A stretch of DNA of 64,000 nucleotides from Isurus oxyrinchus (GCA_026770705.1 JANJGN010000138.1:186001-250000), one strand, 5' to 3'; positions 39,701 to 53,739 are shown, counted from the first letter of the stretch. Numbers and translations are program-made. The notes: generated by a model not told the origin, from the sequence alone.

Positions 39701-42700
39701 CATTTGTTTAGTTTCACCCTGTCAAATGGGCTCAAGTTCACCTTCTATGTGCTACAACAGAAGAAAATAAAAATCCTACCACTTACTTTCAAAATTGTCC
39801 TGAAATAATTCCCTCTTCTCTGCCAGTTGACCAGGCCCATCCAACCTTCCTCTCGATCCTTCTGCTCGCTCATGACAGACACGGCACAATCCTGGTCAGC
39901 AGCTCCGCGATCCAGAGAACCAGACATAACTGTTGGGTCACTGCGGCTGGATCTGCCGGGGGTGCCGAGTGCTCAGCAGCACTAAAGTCACTGATGTCCA
40001 TACAAGAGGTCCTGATATGGCGAAAAAGCATGATAATAAAAGCGGAAAAGTCTGGTAAGAACCAGCTGATAGAGTAAGAATAGTTAATGACAGAAAGGAC
40101 TGAAAATTAGTGGCGGGAAGCAAAAACATCTGGGAACACTTAATGACAAGAATTGGGGTGACTGGACCATATTTTGTGATCTCTATTTGAACGTAAATGT
40201 TTCTAGGCCATTTTTAGCTGGATGTAATTATTAGACTTCAAGCGGGTGAAAACAGTCTGTCTACTCTTGACTGGGAAACAGTCTGTCCACTCTAAACTTA
40301 ATTGAAGAAAACATCTCTCTATGTCTGGAGATAATACTGAGAAATGTTGCAAAATTTGATAATGTTTGATCAAATTTCGAGCACTATTTGAAGAGGTTCC
40401 TACAGTTGAGATAAAAAGATGTAGCGAGGATCATCTCCCGAATGTGCTGGAGGTTTTGCAGGCCGCTTTGTGGTGAGGACTGGCCTGTAGTCATTTTTTT
40501 TTCTTGCTCTGCATCCAGAAAGCAGGGAGTCCAATTTCTAGCCGAGGATGCATCATGCAGGCTGATTTAGCAAAGGGCCGAGTGCTGCATTACTAGCGGC
40601 CTCATCATGTGGAGGAGGTTTCAAACTGCAGTAGCCATGTCCCCCGCCTCCTTAAATATCACATTCCAAGTTTAAAGCAGAGAATTATCTTACCTTTACG
40701 TATCAGGTTAACGGACCATTTATTTCAAAGAAAATCCGAAAAAAAACACGATGTTTGCCTCAAGCCAGCTCTTCCCGCCACCCCCTCACCGCTTACCCCT
40801 GCCCCCACAACACCGCCGCCTCCGGGCCCTCTAAACCAACTCCATGCTGGCCTTGCTTCCATCTTCCCACCCCATATATTCGTACAGGCCTGGCTTCCTC
40901 TTCCCCATTTCCATGCTAACCTGCCCACCCCTTTTCCAGAAGCTCCAATATAGGCCTCAATCTCTCGCATTCTCGGCCCCACTCACTCTCGATCCACATG
41001 GAGCAGCTCCACTTACTGATCACAAGCAGAAATGCGGCACACACCAGCACAGGAAGTTAAAAGGCCCCTGGAAGCAGCAGATACTGAGGGAGTGGCTTCT
41101 GGACCACGCAAAGGATTTTTAATGTGACCATCTTTGTGCGGCTGGGAGGAGCAGAGGCCATTAGCCATCTTCCAAGGTATAGGCTGCATTCCCACTGGCT
41201 GTCCCGGTGCAAGAGGGGATGAGATGATGGTTGGAAAACTATCAATACGCAGGGATGCGGGCAGAAGGCAGAAGAATGGACCTTGTTCAAATGTTTATGT
41301 TTTAAAATCCTTTCTTGATTGTGATTCACCCTGTTATCACTTTCAAACTTTACCGAGCAGGAATAATTCCCCATTCACAACAATCCCTGAGCCAAAACAT
41401 TTCTAAAAGCGACAGATGAAACTTGAACAACCATCAAAGTAGATGGGGAAGTAAGGATCACACAAATTGAGTTAGGAAAGTTAGTTGTGAAGGGAACGGA
41501 AGGATATAGATAGGTTACATCAGTGGACAAAAAGATGGCAAATGGAGTGTAAAGTAGGAAAATGTGAGTTTGACCATTTTGGCAGGACAAAAAAAAAGGG
41601 GCATATATTATAAACGGTGAGAGATTGCAGAGCTCGGAGTTACAGAGGGATCTGGGTGTCCTACTACATGAAAGATTTTGTTCCTTTCTGCTGTTAAACT
41701 GTCGAAAGCCATTGAAATTCGCCCTGTCCCGAGTGCCAGAATGGTTGTTCTTGAAAAGAGCCTCATTCGCTGAAAAAGCCTCAGTTTCGTTTTAAAACTC
41801 TTTCACTTCTGCAGTGGTCAAGCTGTCTCATGCATTCACTGACCTGCTCTCTTGTTTTCGACTGAAAACTCAAAATCAACTCAATCTTCCCGTTTAATTC
41901 TCACTTCAGATCTAGCTGCAGAGTGATCCTATGACAGGGAAATCATTTTGTTTTACACAAGATGGGCACAGAAATCAGGCGTTGAGAGCGGACACAGAAA
42001 CACAGGAACATCATTTTAACCCGCAAGCCGCTTTCACACACTCTGTCTTCCATAATGTTCACAGCCAGCAATATGTATAATTAATATGAAAATACAAATG
42101 TTGTGCTCTGGCCCTTCAGTAAGCGTATTCCACGTTGTTTTGTAGGGCAAGGGAGAAAAGGGAGAGAGAGCGGAGAGAAAGACAAAGTCAGGGTGAGTTC
42201 AGGCAGTGAGACACAGACAGTCAGGCAAAGTATCGGTTGCAGAATACGTTGTTGAATCCAGTTTTACGAAGGTACAATTGGAAAGGTAGAAAATGTTGTC
42301 TCATTTCTCATTGATATTTTACCAGGGAAAAATGCATTATTAATCACACACTCAGGGTCAGTGCCAGAGAATTACCTAAAGCCTCATATTTAACCCCGTT
42401 TTCCCTGTTGTAATCTCTGCCGTCTTACAGGTGAGAGTTGCTGGGTATTGCTCTCAGTAACGGAGAGTTTCACTTCGATTAAATGAATCTGGTGGTCTCC
42501 CTGTCAGATATTAACTATTGCATGGCTCCAACAAATCACTCCCTCTGTCATTCCTCCCATGTTTCTGCAGGATTGCTTTGTGAAGATGGGCTCGTGAAGA
42601 GCAAATCCCCTGCAGAGAATGATGCCAAACTGGAGTTCGTAAATTGACAAGCCCCTCACTTTTCAATGCTCTGTGATCTTTTCCCATTCCCAATCCTTTT

Positions 42701-42824
42701 GCTCAGATAGTGTTCTAAGTGAATTGCAGAAAATGTTGATTTTACTTGCTGATTTGCAGCAGACATCCACACATGAGGTATTTGGTGCCACCTGAACGCT
42801 GATTGTTTGTGAGTCAGAAATTGA

Positions 42825-43035
42825 CAGATACAGAATCAATCCCACACTCACGGGTAGTAAGTGAGACTGATATTTACACAACTAATCCCACAAACATAGA
42901 TAGTACCAGAGACTGACATTGATAGAATGAATCCCACAATCGCAGGTAGCACCATAGACTGATATTTACAGAGTCAATTCCACAATCACAGATAGTGCCA
43001 GAGATTGATATTAATAGAATCAATCTGCACTCAGA
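42825..43035 (+). repeat. ~41-bp minisatellite (paralog of 33830-34170, fewer units)
   Basis: Repeated aatcccacaatcacagatagtaccagagactgatatttacag-like units. Confidence 0.8.
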
Positions 43036-43669
43036 TGAATAGTGAAACTTTCCAGGATTACAGGGAGCAGCAAACCGTGAATTGCACCTTCAGAGGGCCA
43101 GCACAGATTGGACAGTCCGAATAGCCTCTTTCTGTGTTGTAGCTATTCCATGATTCAAATAGAAAATTATTGGAAGAACGTAGTAGCTCTGGAAATGTTG
43201 ACGTTTCGATAGCAGATCGTTTTATTAAAACTTCAATCGACTTGAAGTGTGAATCATCCATTCATCTCTCCACAGATGCTGTCGGAGCACAGATGAGTGT
43301 TTTAGCAAATACTGTCATTATTTCAGATTGCCAAATTGAGCAGTGTCTCACTTTTTGAACAATAAAACAATCCCTGTGCAGGAATTCATATTCCAATAAT
43401 AAATGGGAAGCAACAGAGGGGGAAATTCAGATAATTGGCGAATTTTACTAAATCGGAGTAATTCTATCCCTGCTCAATGCTACAGTTCAGGGAAAGTCTT
43501 CATTATCAGCAACGAGGAATAAACCTGAGTTACATTTTAAATGGATGAGAAGGTTGGAAATATTTTTTATAAAAATTGAACCAGCTCGTATTTTTGGAAC
43601 AGAATTTCACCGAAACAGATCACATTCAGCTGCGAACTTCATATCTCAGGGGTTTAGAAACTAACAGAC

Positions 43670-43741
43670 TGCGGCAGCCGAGAATCGAACCCGTGTCAAT
43701 TACTTAGAAGAGAGTTATGCTCACCACTATACCACCATCAC
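43670..43741 (-). pseudogene. tRNA-Gly(TCC)-derived pseudogene whose anticodon now reads TCT
   Basis: tgcggcagccgagaatcgaacccgtgtcaattacttagaagagagttatgctcaccactataccaccatcac vs the reverse complement of Gly-TCC. The anticodon stem is disrupted. Confidence 0.85.
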
Positions 43742-44379
43742 TGGCTGCCAAGGGCGAAATGGACCGGAAAGTTCCAAGCCTCTGAACAAGGGTTTTAACA
43801 TTAAAAAAAAGCAAAGTTAACGTTGAGCCACTGAAGGAGATATCACATGGATCAGCACAACTGGATCCTCCCCCTCCCATTCCAGGTTCCGCTCCAGCCT
43901 TAAAGCGGGCATTTTGCGAGCAGCAGGACTTTCAGCTCTTAGCTCAAACTGCAAAGATTAGTATCTATATGCCTGACTATGCAGTCCTATTCTACAGCTA
44001 ATTTCAATCTTTTACTTTGCCTACTTGAATGAGACCCTTTAGGACTGCATTCATCCACGGTGTGGTCACTGCTCTCTTTTATGTAAGCTGCAAGCAATTA
44101 CTTCCTGTTGGACAAGCGCAAGGGTTGAGGCTCCTCCATTGCTACTTGCTGGATCCAGTTACTTGCCTCACTGGTAGTCACACCCTCCTGTTTTTGACCA
44201 CACACCAATTCTGAAGTACATACGGATATCATCCTTAATGTTCTAATCCTGTCACATGAAGCGAATGCGCCAGGTATAAGTGAGAGGTTCTGTTATTAGT
44301 TGAGGAAATGGTGGTACATTATTAGTAAGCATATAAAAGAATTGGTTTCCACCCATGTGGATGGAAGGACAATTAAGTT

Positions 44380-45540
44380 TGTGTCGGTGTTCTCTGGGTT
44401 TTGTGACTAAACCAATGTTAAGAAAGACTGGCTCCATATTCCTCCTTTACTCAGGGAATGAGTATCAAATTGTACCATGGTTCCAGAGAATGAACGTCGA
44501 GCTGTAGTGGCTGTAAGCTGAATAAGCATTCTTTGTATCTATTTCTGACAGAGGTATTGCTCCAGGAAATCTCTGGTGAAAAATGGCTGAAGCCAGAAGC
44601 AAATTTTCACCCTTTGATTGCAACTATTTTTCGGTAATTCGAACCGTAGAAGCAGTGGAAAATGAGGTGGAAATGTGGACTTGAGTTACTTCGTTTTCCA
44701 AGAGGAAGAAGGGCACCGCTTTGAATTCGGCAGCACCAGGAAACAGTAAGATTAGGAGTCAATTATTTTTGGAGCTGGTTTGGACACTTAGGAGGGACTA
44801 ACTCTTCTATGGCAACTGTTGGATAGGTTTTATATTGAAGGTGATTTGTTAGAAGTCTAGATAGGGTGGTCAATGTTTGATGAATTTGTGATGACAGACC
44901 ATCAGTCCATGGAATAGTATATTCTGGAGTTTAATAGATGTTATGAGAGATTGACAAAGTTTGCCCTAAATGTTTCGAGTCTGTGTTTCTATTTAAGTTA
45001 TGAGATTTCACATATTTCTAGCACTGATAGGTTTTCCATTACATGGAGCAGACTCTTTTAGAACAAATGGCTATTTTCCTGAAAAAAGGCGGGAGTTCAT
45101 TCATTTCAGACAATTTTCAGTTTAATTGCAGATACTTCTGCATTGATTAAAAGTATGGAGGCCTCAATGATTGCTGAATTTCGAGATCGACTGAAAGTAG
45201 GTGCTGGCATCAGTGCAACTATAGAGTTACTGATAGGCAGACTGAAGATGGCTGCACCTTTAGCCAATTTTGGAATACTGAGCAAATGTAGGCCTGGAAT
45301 GGCAGTGGAGACTCTTTAACCCTAGAAATTCATGAGGAATGATAAACAGTTGTTTGTTGTGATTCCCAATATATTGTCAAAAGCACAACAATCGAGTCTT
45401 TTAGGCAACGTGTAAAATGGAGAAGACCGATGTTGAGTATGATGATGATTGGCCTGGGAATTTGTATTGGTTGATGGAAGATTGAGGCGGAAATGAGCAT
45501 TTTGGTAGATGTGCAGTGCTGCAGGGTGATACCAGATTCT
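44380..45540 (-). mobile_element. Possible decayed tyrosine-recombinase ORF (DIRS/Ngaro/Crypton-like)
   Basis: Ordered degenerate motifs on the minus strand: HEFLGLKS, LPISNSIVAL, RNSAIIEASILLINAEVSAIKL, KCPNQLQK*L, FDTHSLSKGG (HSLRxGG-like). Confidence 0.4.
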
Positions 45541-45589
45541 GCCTTGCATATTCATATGTTTTGTGGTGTAGAGACAGAAACAGAATTAT

Positions 45590-47060
45590 TACAGTGCAAG
45601 AATTCGGCCATTAGGCTCATCGTGCCTGCAGCGGCTCTGTGAATGAGCACGTCATCTAATGCCATTCTCCTGCCTTCTCCTCGTAACATTGAAAACGTTT
45701 GTTTTCGAAAAAAATACCCAATTCCCTCTTGAATGCCTCGATTGAACGTGCCTCCACCACACCTTCATGCAGTGTGTTCCAGACCCAGCCACTCACTGGT
45801 TTAAAATGTTATTTCCTCATGTTACTTTTGTTTTGTTTTACCAATTATCATAAATATGTGGTCTCTTTCTTTATATTCCTTCCAGCAATGGGAACACTTT
45901 ATCCCTAACTTACCTCACCAGTCACCTCAGGGTTTTGGATACTTCTATCAAAGCTCCTCCCAGCTTTTTTTTATCCAAAGAAAAGTGTTTCAAATTATCT
46001 TACCTCTCTTCATAACTAATGAATCCTACACATTATTCCCGTATGCCTCTACTGCTCTCTCTCTCTCTCTCCAATGACTTAAATCCTTGCCAAAATGTGA
46101 GGCCCAGGACTGACCGCAGAACTCTAGTTGAGGTCTAAGTAAAGCTCAACTTAATCTCAATGCTTTTCTACTCTATGTTCGTATTAATAATGGCGAACAA
46201 ACGTTATACTTTATTAACTGCCCTCTTAAACTATCCTGCCACGTTTAACTATATTTACACATATACACCTATATCCCTCTGCTCCAGAACCTCCTTTGCA
46301 CTTGTATGCTTTACTTTATATGCTCTTTTTACCAAAGTGTACCGGCTCACATTTCTCTACTTTGAATTCATCTGCCACTTATAAACCAATTTCAACAACT
46401 TGTATATGTCCTTTTGCAGCTCTAAGCTGTACTCCCCACAGTGTACAAGGCTTTCAAGTTTTGCATCGTCCGAAAATGTTGAAATTGTTCCCTGTGCACG
46501 ATGGGGGGAAACATTAATCTTTTTCAGGCGAAAGCAAGTGTGCCATGTGGACGTCTGGGGAACTCCAACATAAGCCATCCTCCAGCCTCAAAAACATGCA
46601 CAAACCATTACTGTCTGCTCCCTGTCACACAGGCAATTTTGTAAACATGTTGTTACATTTACTCCATTAGCAACATTTTTGCTCTCACATGACTGTTGTG
46701 TGGCACTGTATCAAATGTGTTCAGGAGTCCATGTACATCAACAGCTTTGCCTTTAACGACCCTGTGTTTTACTTTAAAAAAAATTCAGTAAGTTAGTTAA
46801 ATATGATTGCGCCTTCAGAAGTCTATGCTGGTTTCCTTAAATAACTCTCATTTGTCTACCTCTATTGATTCTGTCGCTAATTGTACTTCCTAGAAGTTTC
46901 CGATCAGCGAATTTAAACTGACAAATCTGTAGCTTAATCCCTTATCAATGTTAAGTCTTTTGGTGACTTTTTTTCCCTCCTGTTTCAGTATGGCCTAGCC
47001 AGCATATTCTTCCTTCCTAAAATCAGGTGCAAAGCATTCATTTATTATCTCAGATGCCCT
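45590..47060 (-). mobile_element. CR1 LINE 3' fragment
   Basis: VGVPQTS and ISTFSDDAKLES (FADDTK-like) motifs, plus a CR1 3' tail. Confidence 0.8.
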
Positions 47061-47589
47061 GCACTCCCTGCAATCCTTTGCCCCCGTGTGTAAATCCTCT
47101 TTCCGGTCCCTAAGCAGCCCTGCCCTCCTTCTACAGAGGAACAATTTATGATGGATCAGGGGTTACTTGTCGATAGAAAACGTTGCCAAAAACCTGTCAG
47201 GACGTCCGCGCAGTTTGGGATATGTAACAGGAACTTAAATTCACTGCACTGGACATTGGAAGTTTTGGGACCTTAGCTGTTTACTAAACTGGCGCTTCTT
47301 ATTGCAATTCCTGCCGTGCAACGTCGTTAAGGCCAACACAGAGAGGTTTTCTCCACTGTTGCAACATGTTAATGCCACGTACCCTGAGAGGCAAGCGCGC
47401 TGCAATAGGAAGAAACAATTCTAATCCCCGTGGAAAATCAGCAAACATGAAACACATGATACGAAATGGGACAATGTTTTATGATATAATTTAAATAAAA
47501 CAACATATTGTCGTGGCAGCAGAAAGGCCACATTCAAACCTGGAACACTGGCGAAAATTTAACTATGGTCAGAATAGGAAGACTTGGTT

Positions 47590-50500
47590 TCATTTTGCAT
47601 TTTTTATCAGTATCAGAATTATTGTCCAAGGAGATTTCACTATTTTCTTCTGCTCCTCCCGGAATTTACTTTGTGTAGCTGCATAGATAAACGTGTTTGT
47701 GCAGCAACTCAAATACATGAGCATTTGTCCAGTTTGAGTAGCGATGTATGCAGGAGCTGTATAATGCGGTCGTACATGAATGACCATACCACTGACTAAT
47801 GTACAAACGACTGTTGTCAGCCACAACAGTATAAAAGTTCCCGATACAGTGAACAGTAATATAATCGATTTTTTTCTGTTCTGTATTTCCGGATCACTGT
47901 GATTCTCGCTGCTGTGGACCCGGAGATCCCTCCGGGCTCGACTGGATAATAAAATCCGTCTGACCGTCAAACAATTAAAAAGTAATATCAAAGTGAAAGG
48001 AATCCAAGTCAATAAAATACTTTGTAGCCAAGTAAATGTTACACCAAAAGGAGATGTATAAAATTCCAGGCTGGGTTGGAAACCCCAGTGAACATTGTCA
48101 ATTATTCGCATAGGTTCAAATGCAAACCAAAAGGGGATGCACTGTAAACATGAGAGGACAGAGATTGCTGTTAGAACTGTCACCGCAGTTCTCACTGTGC
48201 AATACCTTGCCTTAAATTGGTGACTACAGATAGACAGAAATCGGTCAAATGTGAAGCAGACTGTAAACCATACCGTTAAGTACAGGTTGACATTATTTGT
48301 GTACATTATGAACTTGCAAATGGGTGTATAGGACAGGATTATTTGTGGAAAATGCTTACTCAGGATGTTATACACGAGAACATTATTGAGCATGACCAGT
48401 AAATCAGCTATTGCCATGGACACCATATAGAAATAAACACATTTTGCAAGGCCGCAGGTTCCTCTGGAGAGAATCACGATTGTCATCACGTTCGCTGTGG
48501 GAAAAGGGGAGAGGAAGTAGGTAACATGGACACTCACAAACATTTCACACAATATTACAAGAAATAGTACTGTGCATTTCTACCTAGCGTTATATACACC
48601 TATCGATTTATAATATTGTAAAGTGTTCACGAAATTCCTAAAATAAATAAAGGAATATGCACTCTAGTGTGCTCATTTTCAAGAGCAGTATTTTTGAGAT
48701 GGCCCCTTGCTGAAGCAGAGACCGGAACGAGGTTTCTGGCGGTGGGATCCACAAATTGGACACCAGACTTCTGAGAAATGAACCTGTGCATGGAATTGGT
48801 AAGGAAATGGAAACTAATTAGGAAGTATAAACAGATTGGGAGATAGGATTTTAGTCTGTGGTCAAAACAAGCAGGAGTGTAAAAAATTCAATTGCTTTTC
48901 AGCAGAAGCGATGCAGGCCCAAGCGCTCTCGCTGAATCTGTGAATGGGAACCATCTTAAAAGACTGAAACCTGAGACAATCTGTGAGCCAACCAGGCAAG
49001 CTGAAGAGCTGGGAGTTATTTCTTTTTAATCAGAGCTGATCATACTGTGTACCAGAGAGCCTTTGAATGGTGGGATGACAGTGCCTCTGGGAAAACTCTG
49101 CCATCAGGAGCGTTGTGACCCGAGTGAAAGATGCTACACAGAAGTGTGCCTTGTTGATGATTATCATACCCGTGGAGCTTGGATGGAGTCAAGTGGCTGT
49201 TGGAGATCACTTGAGAATCAGACCCTGTGGGAAGAAGAGTACTTGAGCACTGTTGGAGCAAGGTGGAGTTGTGAGAGACATTGGGACTGAACACAGAGCC
49301 AGATATGTGCTGAGGACTAGCCGAGAAATCCATCAGGCTTACCATTGTTGTATCAGCTACTACAACTATAATAAACGCTTTCTACTGAATACAATTATAA
49401 ATAGATTATTTTTTTTTTTTGCCTATGGTTTATTTTTTACAATAAATGTTAAAAGAAGTGAAATCTTGTCCATTGTTTCCTTCCATCGAATCCTTTGAGA
49501 AGTTCTTTTCCATCAGGTAATTGATACTCAAGTGGACTGTAACACTATGCACAGGGACTGGGACTCTGTCGTCCTCCCGGTAAATTTCAGTCTGATGTTT
49601 TCATGGTGCTGAGAGAAGGGTCACTCAAATTCAGTTCACAGGATGGCAACGTGGAATCGCTCCAAGCTGCTCCTACTCCCACCGACATTTATGCATTGAT
49701 GCCTCAACTGGAGCTAATGTTGACTTCGGTTAACAGTGTAAAACTGGCAAAATCTGATCAACCGTCCGTCAAACATCTCTCGCGATTCCCTTTCAAAGAC
49801 CATCGCCACTGGCATTGGATTGAGGCTCAATTTACATTTAAACTGTACAGTGCAGGTCACCCGTGAGTACCTCATAGAGACAGTCCACTTACCGATAAAA
49901 ATTTTCGTAAGGGGAAAATAGGATATTTCTATAAATTGTTGTATTTAAATGGTCAAATAATAAACAGATTTCCTGACATATAACCTACCTGTCGTCAGGC
50001 CGTTCCCGTGTGATACATCGAGTGAATTTGATAAATTGCCATGAGGCTCCATGTTACACTAAAGAGAATTTTACAACCGGTTTCTCCTGATTATTTGGCG
50101 ATGGGAATCTCGGGAAGGACACCAGATGCCAGCGGTATTCAATATAATTTCCAATCCATTACAGGAAGCAATAAATTGAAATAAAATATTCAGCTGAAGA
50201 AAACAACTATCCAATTGAATTCAACACATCGCTCTTTGACTTTTTATAATCGGTCTGATGGACCCGGTCATGAACTAAACAGGAACAGATGGATCCGAAA
50301 AGATTCTTTGCGAGGGAGGAATGAGGAGCAGCTTCCTTTTCCTCAAAATATTTTCCTGTTCCCTGCTGGGCGGAGGACGCTGCAGTACTTGGAAGTATCA
50401 CTGTAATGTCGACAATGGGCAACAGGACATATGAGATTGCTTTTATAGACACTAAGCAACACATTCTTTAATGAGCTATGAACTGTTGGAGTGGCGGCAA

Positions 50501-50795
50501 TTCAAACCCCCTCTCCTTCAGTGTGAGGACGAAAATTCAACTCCAGGTGCCCACAATCTGCCGAGCAGAACCACGGCTCACAGGCCCTGTGAACAGCTAT
50601 ATTTCCTGTTGATATTCAGCAATTCATCCCGGTATGATATGACTGGGCAGTGAAACATTCCCGCAATCAGCCTCATAATCACTAGCAGTGAAATAATCAG
50701 CAGTTACCAGGCAACAATGACTTACCGGGAATACCAAAGGCTGCGAGAATTGGGTAGTAAATTTGTTTTACTTGTAGAATCGTTGGCCGGATCAT
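47590..50795 (-). CDS. Rhodopsin-family orphan GPCR, GPR139/GPR142-like; exons 50795-50726 and 48494-47590; 324 aa
   Basis: Exon 1 MIRPTILQVKQIYYPILAAFGIP+G|gtaagt joins exon 2 after ttttcccacag| in phase 1. The frame is open with 7 hydrophobic segments and the motifs MAIADL, FTFDRFLSIC, WIPF and CCTNTFIY. Confidence 0.9.
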
Positions 50796-53739
50796 TTTTG
50801 TAGAAGAATGCAATAGATCACTCAGTTTTCTGAATTGCATTAAAGATCCGCAAATGTTTCCCCATTTATAGGCCAATTCGTGTCGTGGTGAGGAGATCAG
50901 CTTACACAATAGTTTGTGTTATTTATAGTCACTTAACAAACAAGTGGGTAATTTACCTCTTCAGAGACCCCGGTCCGTCAATGGGGAAATTGGCCAGCTC
51001 AGTTTCAAAAATTTCGTAATTTAAATTAATGATCGTGAAGCAACACCAGGCGGAATGTGCTCTGCGCATGCCCCCCTTGAATGTGGAAAGGAATACCCCT
51101 CTGTACAGTGTTGGATTCCTGGGGCTTCATATTATTCTTTTGCGATCTTGACTCATCCATTGCAGAATGTAAATTTGTTATAGACTTTAATTCTTAAACT
51201 TAAACTTCCTGTCTTCTGTGGCGAAACCTCGTGATGACTCAGCGTTATTATTGCTGATGATGATATTACTCTTGATATTAAGAACACTGGCGATGTCAGT
51301 ATATTTATGCTGTTGCTATCAGTCATAATAAACTCTAACATTAATAGTGGGAAACATATTGGAAAATAACGCGTGCTGACTTTAATCTACCATTATCAAT
51401 GCGAACTCCACTCAAAAATGGGGATGCTTTGCTCCAACATTATTAGTTGGGAAATACAAGCAGAAAATGCTGGGAATTCTCAGCAGATCCTGTAGCATCA
51501 GTGGAGAGTCAATCAGAGTTAATATTTCAGGTAACGGTCAACATTGTCTTTTTCAATTTCAGGTTTCCAGCATCGCTGTATTTTATTTTTGGATTATTGT
51601 TTTTGAACTTATTCCAGAATGTTCACAGTGACTCTATTCTAGTGTTGATCGTGATATTGGCATAACATCAGTGGTGGTAACCCAACTGTCGGGTTACAGG
51701 ACAGGCTTCTGCTCAACTCCTACTCGTGATTTCCTTTCACTAACATTACTGTTGGTGACGTCACCGTAACTTTTCTTACGGTGAATTTAATATTACTGAG
51801 GAAGACCCAGCACGAGCATTAATAGTTGTGTCCATGCGGAGAATCATTACAATATTTCGAGCTGTAACCCTACTCCATCGTTATTTTGAGGCCCCTACGC
51901 TATGTTATTCGTGATGAAATCACTCAAACATTGCTGCAGGTGATCCAGTGCCTCCAAGTCTTTTTCTTGTTTTGTTTTATTTCCTCCCTAAATCAGAGCG
52001 CCCGATTATAAGGTAAAATTCCGCATCGCCGTAATTAATGCGGTTATATTTTAATCAATACTCTGGGTAAAATGGGAAAGCCCCTATCATATGAAAGCGA
52101 TGCTTCTTGCAATCCTCTTTCACATTTGGAGTATTTTTAATGGTTTGATTAAGTATCATGACACATGCACTCTTGGGCATAACTAAAAGAGGAATAAGGA
52201 ACATTCTCAGATACATTGAGGTTGTAACTGGGCTTGGAGAATGAAAGGGTAGCATGACATGTCACTGAAAAAGTGTTGATAGATCAGAGCAATATATTAT
52301 TCGCTCAAATTTAATGCAGGAGGAATTTTTTTATCCTTAAATATGCACAGTTGATATTGACGTTTACACCGCACACACAAAGCGGAGTCGCAAAATGAAA
52401 CAGCACGTCAACCTATGAAGAATATCACTGCTTCCAATTGGCGAGACACCGCTTGTGTGTCACACCAATCGAGAGCGAACAAAACAATAATAATTCACTT
52501 AGGCACAATGGATTTACGAACGACAATATTCGCTTTCAAGAGAGGGGCTAAATGTAGCTATTAATCTAAGAGCAGATGTAAGGGACAGCTGCAGCTATCT
52601 GCCAAAAGCATTCAGTTATCCAATATATAGCGGGTAGGAGGACAAAATCCATCTGTTTCTCAATCAAGCAGCAATCACTTGAAACGTGTTTAGTTTGTTG
52701 TGCAGCAGCCATTTGTGGCATGTGACAGCGGTTAATTCAAGGACGCAGCTCTCTACATCTTGCAACCAGGTGAAAAGGCTGCTTGTGTTTTAGAAGCGAG
52801 GGGTCACTAATTCATTCATTGAACTGTTGTTTCTTAATTCCACCTGCTATAAATCAAAGCCATTGTGAGTGGCGAGTGTCATCCGAATTTAAGTTGTGTT
52901 TGCAGCACTTGCTACTGGCTTCACAACATCGGAGGCGATGCTTGTATCAATTTCTGCGTCAATATCATTTTCATTCTCAGCCCTGCAGTGACGCACGGAG
53001 CTCGTAAACAGAGAGTGGGTCTTGCATAATTATCATTGCCCGCAAAAGTCACCGCTTTAAAAGTAAGAAAACTGGTATTTCACTTCTCCCAGGCTTTGTT
53101 CTGTAACCGATCAAGAAAAGAGAGGGGGATGGTGGAGTGCGGTGTGGCGGGGGAGCGGGAGAATTTTTCCTCCCTCAGAAACATACAGGAAAAGACTGGC
53201 CGCAGCTGTCCTTACAGGTTAAAAAAAGAAACAGAGAATCCTGGGAATACTCGGCGGGTCTGGCAGATTCTGTGAAGAGAGATAACAAAGTTAACGTTTT
53301 CATGTCGATGACTTGGTCAGAACTGAAAGATTTATTTCTTGTTTGTAGGGAATGTGCCGCAAGTTTGATTGTCCAGAAATCACACTGAGGAATTACTTAC
53401 CATCGCGATCAGGTTTCTAGATTGTTGGGGGCGGGTGACAGGTGTACGTGGGGAATGTGGAGGGGCGGGGAACTTCTAGTCATGGCTTAACTTGTGTGGA
53501 TCTATAAAGCAAATTATTCCCTATTGGCTGTGTATAAAGAATCTGAAGCAAATGTTTTGGATGCACTTTATGCATAAAATGTGTGCTAATCCCTCGGAGT
53601 TCGCCTGTCTTCCATTGTCCTGATTCTTCTGTGTAGTGCAATAAGTTTCCCCCCCCACCCGCCCCCCCCCCCCCCCCACCCTCCCCCGCAGATATCGCGT
53701 ACTTTGGGTAAGCAGGGCATTAAAGCAAGGTTACCCATA

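Larger units (their letters stand above)
38180..43850 (+). repeat. Segmental duplication copy B (lacks the H3.3 insertion and the BEN exons)
   Basis: Colinear with 28945-34960. Confidence 0.9.

Noticed and set aside
48495-48552. N-terminal extension MCEMFVSVHVTYFLSPFPT of the 320-aa ORF
   Set aside because: It is intron (polypyrimidine tract plus cag acceptor) with a non-ATG start. The real exon 1 is at 50795-50726.
48690-49540. Possible solo LTR in the GPCR intron
   Set aside because: Composition is LTR-like with AATAAA, but I could not define TG...CA ends or a target-site duplication.
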